From assembly GCA_965202585.1 (NCBI GenBank), contig OZ241833.1:34348001-34412000 (forward strand): a stretch of 64,000 bases of DNA, given 5' to 3'. The position numbers and the translations under genes are program-made. Under the pieces are notes generated by a model. The model searched no databases. It saw nothing but the letters and a program-made list of their open reading frames with translations, and had not been told where the DNA came from. How positions within the stretch are numbered: position 1 is the first letter of the stretch; each line of letters begins with the position of its first letter. Origin of the DNA: Thalia democratica (Eukaryota). Positions 25,301 to 35,700 of this stretch are shown in pieces.

Positions 25301-28300
25301 TTTATTGACTCACAAAAGAGCCGCTTGTGTGAATTCAAAAACGTGTACAAATGACAGTTGCACGCTTTATTGTTTCAATCAATGTATTGCCTATCTTTTT
25401 ACTAAGTGTATACACTTTAAATAAAGCACACTCAGTTGATGAAATACCTTTAAGATTTTTGAATATAAACTTGTTTGTCAAGAAAACTTCAAGTACTTAT
25501 ACACTTTAAAAAAATAATTCAAATCTTTTCTAACTATTAGTTATTAGTAATGCTATGGTTAGCTACAACTATCAGTACCGTAATAAAAACTAACCTACGT
25601 ACTCTATATCCAGTAAAGCGTGAAATGTGAAAACATTAGTAAACTGTTTAAATCAAAACCTGCTGGTTTGATCGCGTTTACTTTATGTGAGTTATTTTGT
25701 TAACACTCCTACTTTTCTGCAGACGTTGAAGAACCCGAACAGACCCCAGTCAAAGGGCAACCTGTGGAGTGTGGAGGTCTGTCACATACAAAAAGAACAC
25801 ATGCAACTGCAGAACGTAGACGTTTCCAGAGACGCGGAGCAAAAGTGTGTTGAATTGTTTTATATAGTTTAAAGTTATAATTAACTACTAGGTTGTTATT
25901 AGTTAAAACTCTGCGTGCGTTTGACTGACAGATCGTTTAGAAAGATACCTGTGTGTAGCATTGTAAGTTGTTAATAGCAAACGCAGAACTTTTATACGTT
26001 TATTTAGACTCTTTTTGTGTTAAGCAAGTAGTACAATCTAAGTACTTTAAACCAGATTTAAATTTAAACACTAAATCAGAAATAGTGGAATATATGTATA
26101 AACAAAATTTTATAATTTTAAACTAGTTATTTGTTGTGGTAAATTCGTAGTATTGAAAAAACCAAGTTTCTATGTGCGCACAAAACCATGTTTATTAATG
26201 CTTTAAATTAAATTAAAATATATCAAATTAAAAATTTCGTCGATTTATTACATGTTTTTTGTCAAACAAACAATGTTTTTTTTGTTAATCATTAGTTGGT
26301 AGTTGTGTGATTTATAACTTTCGTAAATGTCAATTTAAATATTAAAAACGTGTTTGACACAATTCTTTTTATTGCTCTTAAAAAGGTCAAATTATAGAGC
26401 ATTTTACGTAATTTGAATTTTCAGCAATTTAGATCACAAAAGTACAACAAACTAGTTTATCAATAAAACAATCCACTTTTTTAATTGGAAATATTCACTA
26501 AACTTGTTATTAAACCTGCAATAAATTATACGCGTCATTTAAAAACAGCATGTTTATTTCAATTTAAATCACCAGCATTCATTGCAAAGCTTATTCCGGT
26601 TTTAAATACACGCATGCCAGCTAAATTAGAATAAAATACCGAACGCGTTTCTATTATTATATATCACAAGACTTGCTCATACGGAAAAGTTTTAAATAAA
26701 AACATGTTTGATAAATACTCAATATTTACTACAATCACAGTTACTATGCGATCAGTATATAATATTAAAAAACACTTAATAGTAGTTTTGATTTAAGTTT
26801 AAAAGCAGTTTAAATTAATCATAAAAAATACTTAAGCATCAAAAACATAAGTTATAGTAAAAAATATTTAAATTTAAAATTTTAGAATGGGAGCTTAAAT
26901 ACTTGACTTAATTTTTAAATAAAAACAAAAAACATTTAACAAGTATTTCAGTAGTTTTTCTAAAAAAACTGAACCGTATTAAAAATGAGTAATTGTAAAA
27001 ACTATAATATTAAAAATAAAACTTCCTTTAATTTGTAGCAATTAATTGTGACTAAAATTTTTATTTACAAAAATCAAGAATAAAAATATATCAAAAGTTA
27101 TCGTGTTAAGTATTATACTAGTTATTTTGTTTTCAAATTTTTGTTATGAGTTTCAAGTAAAAAAAGCTTTAAATGAGTTTCAACTAATTGTTAGTTTATC
27201 GTCTTTAAGAAATATAGCTGTATAAATTTTCTAGTTGAACTTTTGGTGCTTTTAACTTATATTCAGAACTGGTTCTTCCTTAAAGTTAAGTTTTAGTTTC
27301 CTTATAAACTAAACTTAAATACAAAAAAAAAATTAAAAATAATTCAGAAGCACCACAAAAAACATGTCAAAGAGTTTGAAAACTTGTTTAGTTGATTTAA
27401 AAAAGCTTTTTTGATAAAACTAATAATACAAGTTAAAAAAAAAGTTTATTGATTTGATTGTTTTGATTACACCAGAGATCATTACTCCTGTTTCATAATC
27501 GCATGGCCGTTATAAAGCTATCGCTGTATACAATCTATTGTTTAAAGTTTCAATCTGTCATAATTTTGAAATTTATCCCAAAATTAAGTTGAAATATAAG
27601 CAATGAATAAAGGATCAATTTCGGATATGAGTCAAAGTTTCTATAAAGACCGTGTCCTGATATTTTATACACTTTTTCAAAAACGCTTAACTTATAATAC
27701 TTTTTTTGTTTTTCACATGTTCATACTTCTTTTAACTATAGTACTTTGTGTTTGCGTCGGAAAATGTAATGCTTATTCATAACAGACCTAAATTGTATAA
27801 ACTAAAAAAGCTGAATACTTTAGAAGCAATAAAAATACTTTAGTACTTTTTTAATCAAAAAAAAAACACAACGCTTAAAAAACTTTCTAGGAACATTTTA
27901 TGTATTTTACTGTTTTTTAAGTTAATTTAAAGCAAGTAAAGCTCTATCCAAAAAAAAATTATTTTCACATTCTAATCAACTGAACTTTGAAAATTTTAAG
28001 TTTTTGTTTATGACTTCATATAAATTGTATTATGACGTAACAGGTTCATCCTGAACATCATGCAGGCGATCGACCTCACAACGGGAGAAATAATCCACCA
28101 ACTGCCAATAAGCTGCCGGGGTTGCGACGGGGGGATTTCCCGGAACCCGGAACTGGTCGTGGGGGAGTTGCTGCGGCAACGCAACCACCTCGAGAACGTC
28201 TGGTATCGGGGAAGGGGAATTTACCTACACGAGGTTTTTTCGTTGGAGGGGGAGAAACGGCGGGAAAATTCGTTTCAGTTCGTTGATCACAGGTACATCA

Positions 28301-28413
28301 CGAAAAAGCCCGCGGATAACTTCAGCTATTTTATGAACAAAAACATGCTCGATATTGATCAGTGCGCGTTCACAGACATGCAAAAGCCCAGTTCGGAGCT
28401 GAAGTTCGGCTGA
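22366..28413 (+). CDS. FoxH: Forkhead transcription factor, FoxH class (~461 aa, 6 coding exons)
   Basis: Phase-compatible exons 22366-22411, 22934-23073, 23283-23696, 23923-24216, 25723-25844, 28044-28413, all GT-AG. Forkhead KPPYSYIALI...YQGWRDSVRHNLS...CFKK|TLKNPNRPQSKGNLWSV...MQLQN. The GW(K/R)DS(I/V)RHNLS helix and the P-x-x-P-Q-x-K-G-N-x-W-x-V / L-Q-N wing are FoxH1-diagnostic. Q/N/A-rich N-terminus. Confidence 0.9.
23110..23256. mobile_element. Small decayed hAT-like MITE filling most of FoxH intron 2
   Basis: Starts CAGGGATTCC; flanks ATGTAGAT / ATGTAAAC (6/8 TSD-like); right TIR poor. Confidence 0.45.
24455..24505 (+). pseudogene. Degenerate copy of the 3' end of the FoxH forkhead exon inside intron 4
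   Basis: aattccgtgaggcaaaatttttcatagtacaactgctttaaaaagtctgtt vs gactcggtgaggcacaacctgtcccagtacaactgcttcaaaaaagtctgtt (24172-24223); carries a CAG>TAG stop and a 1-nt deletion. Confidence 0.8.
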
Positions 28414-29779
28414 ACTTTAGCAGAAAAACGGCAGAAAGGCTGTGAATGAACTGAAGTTGTGAAAGTTTTGTAGATTTGCGTTTTTTATACAAGCCTTTTT
28501 GTGAAAAATTTTAAATTTTTAAGCTTTTTATGACAAAAATGTTTAATAGTTAAATATTTTTACGTTAGTTGAGTGTAAACTGTTTTGAAGTAAACAGGTT
28601 TTAAAAAAGCTTGACGTTTTTTTTTTAAACTTTAATTAAAGTTTAAACAAGATTTCTTCATTTTAGGTACAGAACCAAAACATATTTTGATATTATGTAT
28701 AATTTTTACTAAAACGACTGAAATCGATGTCATTTTGTCTAAAATAGGTAATTTGTATTTACTTTAGCTGCTAAACTTTACAAACTTTTAGAGACTACAT
28801 ACTTTAGAATACAACTTCAATCCAAGCTTTAAGCTTTTAACTGACAAATACTAAAAGCTTTTATTAGCCAGATGTGTAGCTAAAATTTTCTATAGTATAA
28901 AATTTTCTGTTTAAGTAAAGTCTTATATATCAAATACTTAAAAAATGTATTATAAACAGTAATTAAGTTTAAACTTTTTTTTGTATTATGCATATCATTA
29001 AATTAAAAGTTATTTTTTTAGGTTTGCTTTTTCTGAGTTTTTTACTTTGTTTTTTGTCTAATTAAATATCCTGTTGAAAATATTTTATAAAATGTTGATA
29101 AAATTTTACATTTAAAAAGACTTGTTGTACAGTTTGTCAGTTACGTTTATTTGTCGCCAAAACCATAAACTCATCCAAATAAGTTTTGTTTAATTAACTT
29201 TGGTGTTAAAATTTTAAACATTTAAATAATGCTCATTTACCGTCTTCATACCATGCAATGATTTATTGACGATTAATTAATTACACAATTTGAGCTTAGA
29301 TAAACTTAAGTTAATTTCTTCTTAACTTCTCACCAACTTCAAAAAAGAATAAAAAAAGCTTTTTTTGTTGAGTGTTGGTTGATATGATTTATTACAAAAG
29401 TTTTTTATAATAAAAATTCTCAAAGTAGTTCTAAATATTACTATGTACGTATGCTTTTTTTATACTTTAAGCATTGAAGTTTAAAAGCTAGTTGAATAAT
29501 GTTTAGATAAGACAGTGACTAGAAATCTTAGTGTCGAATGTTTACGAAAAAAAAATGTATACTTTATATTTTTAGAGAAAAAAAAACATAAAAGCAAGGA
29601 AATACTTATTTGTTAAAACTGTCTAGCAAACTACACCAGTAACAAACTAAATTTTTTTCAATAAACTTTGTTGGAAAAAAATAAAAAGCTTGTATTTTAA
29701 TTATTTATTTATGTTATACTCACAGAGTACATTTTTGCCACTGTTTTGTCGCTTTTCAACAAAAAACAAAACAAATGTT

Positions 29780-32700
29780 TCAATCTTGCAGGTACCTCGG
29801 CTTGACGTCCTTCCACTTTCCCTTCAGGTTCTCCACGTTCACCTTGATATCCTTCTTCTTCTCCTTCTTTTTGTCTTCCTCCTTCACTGCCACCTTCCTG
29901 CGCTTCTTGCGCTTCTTCTTGTCTTCCTCTTTGACCTTGGGCTTCTTGGAAGTGCCCGCTTCTGCTTGTTCTTCTTCTTCGACGCTCTTCGACTGCTGCG
30001 TCCCGGTCAGGCTGGCCTCTTTGAGCGCCGCTTTCTCTTCCCGGTCCAAAAGGTCTTCCCCCGCATCGACAAACTCTTCCCTGCTCCCGTCTTCTCCTTC
30101 CGGCCGGACCATGCCCGCCTGCACCGCGTACTCGTTCAGGCTGTCGAAGGGAGGAACGACGTCGGAGCTGCGGTCCGAAACTCCGAAGCTGATCTTGTGG
30201 TCGATTTTTGTTTTTTCGTCTTTCCGCTCCGCTTCGCGCTCGAAAGTCACTTTAGACTCTTTCGGCGCCTCGATTTTTTCGTTGTGATCAGAAGAAAGTT
30301 CAGGGACTTTTGCTTTCGTTTTGCGCTTTTGCTTTTTGACCTTTGACTTTTTGCTGTCGTCAGACTTCAAACTTTTCTTGCTGTCCTTCAAAACCTTGTC
30401 TCTACTTCCACCGACTTCTTGGTTTTCGTCAGAACGATTATAAGAGTTTCGATCTTTTAAAGAATTCTCAGCCGGATCGTTCACCAAACTGGGAGGCTGG
30501 TTTTCGACTACTGCAGTTTTCTGCATCTTTGCATTTTTAGTTTTTAGCCTTTTGCTGTCTTCGGACTTCAAGCTTTTCTTGCTATCCTTTAAAACCTTGT
30601 CTTTACTTCCAATGACTTTTTGATTTTTGTCTGAGCTTTGTTGAGAGATTTGATCTTCATTTTGATCGTTAACCAAGCTGGGAAGCTGGTCATCGTTTGC
30701 AACTGCTTTCTGCTTCTTTGTCCTTTTGACTGTTTTCTTTTTAAGCTTGTTTTTGCTCCCTTCATCTTGCAGCGTCTTCCTGCTGCTTCCTGCCTGCTCC
30801 TTAAGGTCGTCCACAGAAAATTTTTCTTTATTTTCAATAACTTTTTTGATCTTTTTCCAACCCGAATCGTTGTTCTCGACATTTTTACTCTTTGCGGGAA
30901 TCTTCTTTATCCTCTTAGTGCGTTTTTTGCCTGTTTTCTTGTTATCGCTGACGGTAGATGCCAAAACGCTACCGTTTTCCTTTAAGTTCGAGATTTCTTT
31001 TGATCGTTTTGACTTGATACTTTTCAATGAGTTTTCATTCAAGCTGTTTTCTTTGCCATCACTTTCATCACTCCACTCGACAGCTTCGTTTTCATTCTCT
31101 GCTATGTTTTCCAAAGAGGCAGGCTTTTTTGCTTTTTTTCGTTTCCTCCTTCTACCCTTTTTCACCCCTTTTTTACGCTTAAAAGCGTTCCTGATCTTGG
31201 CGATGGAAACTATTTTCGACGGGTTTGATATAATCTTCGAGGCTTTGAGGAATATTTTTGAAGAGTTTGAGATCAACTTTGAAGGGTTTGAGAACAGCTT
31301 GGAAGGGTCGGAAGCAACTTTTGAGGGTTTGGAATTTATTCTTGAAGGAACGTTTGTTATAATCGAAGGAACGTTTGTCATTTTTGAAGGAATGTTTGTT
31401 ATTTTCGAGGGACTCAACATTATCTTGGACGGATCGTATATCATCGTGGAAGGGTTGAAGTAGAGCTTTGAAGCGTCGAAAACCCCCAACTCCCCAAAGT
31501 TGCTCGCGGAAACGGGAAACTCCCCAATGGGACCGTCCTCGCCCATCAGCGTGCAGATCTTCTGCCGCTTCGTCTCCGTGATGACGTTGGTGATGACGAT
31601 GACGCTCGATGACTCTTCGGTGACCCCCAGCGGTTGAGAGTTCAGGGACTTCTCACTCACAGTAGGGGGTTTTTCTACTGACTTTTCTTTTTCAGGAGCG
31701 TTTTCTTTCGCCGCCTCCTTGTTCTTCTTCACCCTCTTCTTGACCTTTTTCGTCTTCCTGACCTGCCTCTTCCTTCGCGGGATGGCAGGGTTGACCAGCA
31801 GCTCTGCTGGCGGTCTGTCTTTCTTCACCAGCCGCCTGAACTTCCTCGTCCTCCTCACCAGTCTCCTCCGTTTCTCCTCCAGGGAAATCCCCACTTCATC
31901 GGGGAAGGATTCGCCACTGGAGGTCGTCGAGAGAGACTCCTCGTCCTCTTCAGCTTTGGCCAGCAAGGAGAACTGGCTTCCGAGCATTTCTCTCAGCCCG
32001 GCCATGGCGTCAAAGTGCTCGCTCGACTCGACTTCTTCCGCTACTCGGCGCTCTTCTTCCACCGAGTGTGCCGAAGATTTGTTCTGAACGCTGTTTTTGA
32101 CGTCCGAAAGAGCTTCTAAAAGTGTCTTTTTTACTTTTTCTTCAACTACGTCTTGAACGGTGTCCGACATTGCGTCGTTTAGAATATTTTCGACGACCTC
32201 TCCAACATTATCCATAGGCTCTCTGAGTCCGGCCATCACTGAAAATTCGTTTTCTGATTCCGTGCTGCTTTCTAACATCTCGTAGTCGCTGTCACTCTCA
32301 GCTGTGCCAAAGTTTTTAGGGTTTCCCAGTTTAGAATTTTCATCATTCCTAAGGTCTGAAAGAGCATCTAAAAGCGTGTTTTTGACTTTTTCTTCAGCAA
32401 TATCCTGTTCCGTGTCGGACAGAGCATCATTAAGAATCTTGCTAACAACGTCACTGACATTGTCTTTTGGTTCCCTGAGACCAGCCATCACAGAAAACTC
32501 ATTATCTGATTCTTCACTGCTTTCTAACATTTCGTAGTCGCTATCATTTTCTGTCGTTCCAAAATTTTTAGGGTTTCTCAGTTTTGCATTTTCGTCGTTC
32601 TTAAGGTCTGAAAGAGCGTCTAAAAGCGTATTTTTGACTTTTTCTCCAGCAATATCTTGTTCGGTGTCGGACAGAGCATCATTAAGAATCTTGCCAACAA

Positions 32701-35700
32701 CGTCACTGACATTGTCTTTTGGTTCCCTGAGACCAGCCATCACTGAAAACTCGTTGTCTGATTCTTCACTGCTTTTTAACATTTCGTAGTCGCTACCATT
32801 TTCTGTCGTTCCAAAATTTTTAGGGTTTCTCAATTTTGCATTTTCGTCGTTCTTAAGGTCTGAAAGAGCGTCTAAAAGCGTATTTTTGACTTTTTCTCCA
32901 GCAATATCTTGTTCCGTGTCCGACAGAGCATCATTAAGAATCTTGCCAACAACGCCACTGACATTGTCTTTTGGTTCCCTGAGACCAGCCATCACGGAAA
33001 ATTCATTATCTGATTCTTCACTACTGTCTAACATTTCGTAGTCGCTACCATTTTCTGTCGTTCCAAAATTTTTAGGGTTTCTCAATTTTGCATTTTCGTC
33101 GTTCTTAAGGTCTGAAAGAGCGTCTAAAAGCGTATTTTTGACTTTTTCTCCAGCAATATCTTGTTCCGTGTCGGACAGAGCATCATTAAGAATCTTGCCA
33201 ACAACGTCACTGACATTGTCTTTTGGTTCCCTGAGACCAGCCATCACTGAAAACTCATTATCTGATATTTCACTGCTTTCTAACATTTCGTAGTTGCTGT
33301 CACTCTCAGCTGTGCCAAAGTTTTTAGGGTTTCTCAGTTTAGCATTTTCGTCGTTCTTAAGGTCTGAAAGAGCGTCTAAAAGCGTATTTTTGACTTTTTC
33401 TCCAGCAATATCTTGTTCCGTGTCCGACAGAGCATCATTAAGAATCTTGCCAACAACGTCACTGACATTGTCTTTTGGTTCCCTGAGACCAGCCATCACT
33501 GAAAACTCGTTATCTGATTCTTCACTACTTTCTAACATTTCGCACTCGCTTTGATTCGTGGTCAGCTTAAAGTTTTTGGGACCTTTGAAAGTTATTCAAA
33601 TAAAAATTTCAACACAAAAAAAGTTGTTAAAGACTTATGCTTAAGAACAAAAGTTTTATGTAATAAAAACCAATGCAGCAAAAACCTTCGATCACTTCGT
33701 CTTCCAAGTCGGTAATTTCCAGTTCCTCCACACTTTTCACGGGTTGCCCGCCAGGTGGCACCCTGGCCACTGTTAATATCCCGCTCAGTTTTGTTTGAGG
33801 GTCTTCCCCTTCGTTGTTGGTTTCAGTGAGCTCGTACTGCTTGTCGAAGACGCAGGCAATTTCTCCTTTTTCACCACTTGGTGGCGGGATTGAAAGCTGG
33901 CTTCTCGCGAAGCTGAGGTCGCTTGTTGAGTCTGTTGGTATGAGGTTCGGTTTGATAGGTTCAGTTTTTTACTCTATAATTAATTTTATTTGACGTTTTA
34001 GATAAATTTTTAAAACTTTTGATAATAAAACAGAGTTGTTAATGAAGTTTATTGGATAAATATGGAAACTGATAAATCTTCATGATAACTATAAAAAGCA
34101 TTCAGTTTTAACTTGTTGTGCAAAACTCACTCAACACGATATTTTCAGGCAAGGCCCTGGCAACAGTCAGGACTCCGTTTGCAGAAGTTTCAGGACTTTC
34201 TCCGTTGTCGTCAGTTTCAGTAACTTCGGTTGTGTCGTCATAAACACCAACAATTTTTCCCGCGTTTCCATTGGGAAAGTTCAATCGACTTTGCGAAAAA
34301 CTGATGCTGTCTGTCGAACTTGTATCGCTTTTTAAGCTTCCATTTTCAGGTAATGCCCTAGCAACAGTCAGGACTCCGTTTGCAGAAGTTTCCGGATTTT
34401 CTTTGTTGTCGTCAGTTTCAGTTACTTCGGTTGTGTCGTCATAAACACCAACAATTTTTCCCGCGTTTCCACTGGGAAAGTTCAACTGACTTTTTGCTAT
34501 ACTTACATTGCTCGTCGAACCTAATAAAAAGTATTTTGTTTATCACTTATTTTTTTTATTTTGATATTATTACTTATAATAATATTAAAATACAAAAGCA
34601 TACCTTCTAGACTTTCTTGAGTTTCTATGCTGGCTTTTGATGCTGTTAGTTAAAAAATAAAGTTGTTAGTTTTAAGTAAACATTAAAATTTCACTAAAGT
34701 ATTTTTTAGGTAGCAGTTAATGTTCAATTTAAGTTATTCGTAATGTTTAAGTGCTAAAGTAGTACTTATTGCTTTTAAATCATTGTTTTAAATTTTTTAA
34801 ATATCTATTAATTAATTTTTTTTTTAAAATTTAAATAACTGATTTTTCAGTTACTTTCTAAACTCAAAAGTTTATTTTTATTAATTTGTTTAAAAAAATA
34901 ACTGTGACTTAAAAGCACTTAAGTAAAATAAGAATACTACAACAATGAATAGAACTTAAATATTAACCTCAAATGGTAAGAGCATTTTAAAGCAAAAACG
35001 TAACAACCAAAATTTTTATTAAATAATTTTTTGAAGACATCATTAACAATCCACTTTTTAAAAAGCCAGTAAAAGTACTACACAAAACAAACTTTTCGCG
35101 GATTTTCCGCCAGGTGGCACCCTGGCCACTGTTAACATTCCGCTCAGTTTTGTTTGAGGGTCTTCCCCTTCGTTGTTGGTTTCAGTGAGCTCGTACTGCT
35201 TGTCGAAGACGCAGGCAATTTCTCCTTTTTCACCACTTGGTGGCGGGATTGAAAGTTGGCTTCTCGTGAAGCTAAGGTCGCTCGTTGAGTCTGATCACAT
35301 AAAAATAAATAAACAAAATTTGAAGGTATATATATCTTAATTTTTTAGTTTTTTAACCTATTTTTTTTGAATGCGTATAAGAGATTATTTTAGGGTTAAA
35401 AAACTGCTGCCCGCGGGCAAAATGCGACCCGCTAAACGAAAAATTCTAGCTCACAAAGTGCTTATTAGCTAAAAAATAATTCTCCGAGAAAAAAAATATC
35501 AACGATGAGAATTTTTGTAATAAATTTATGAAAACATAATTTTTTTGCTCGTGAAAAAACTGTTATGACTATTACGTCTTTAACTTATTAAACATTTAAT
35601 GCCGTATATATATATTTTTTAATTATAATTGATCGAATACTTTAAAACTCCCAAAAAAAACCTTCAGCGTATCTGGCATGATATAGGCAACCCCTATAAA

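Noticed and set aside
28044-28070. FILNIM as an EH1/Groucho motif in FoxH
   Set aside because: Only a partial match to FxIxxIL; it aligns better with the conserved post-forkhead segment of FoxH1.
32100-33538. LLDALSDL as a paxillin LD motif
   Set aside because: Spacing does not fit LDxLLxxL.
29690-33554. Plus-strand ORFs (218, 170, 245, 122 aa and others) opposite the last exon
   Set aside because: Antisense shadows of a Lys/Glu-rich CDS (Phe/Leu/Ser-rich products); no independent splice or start signals.
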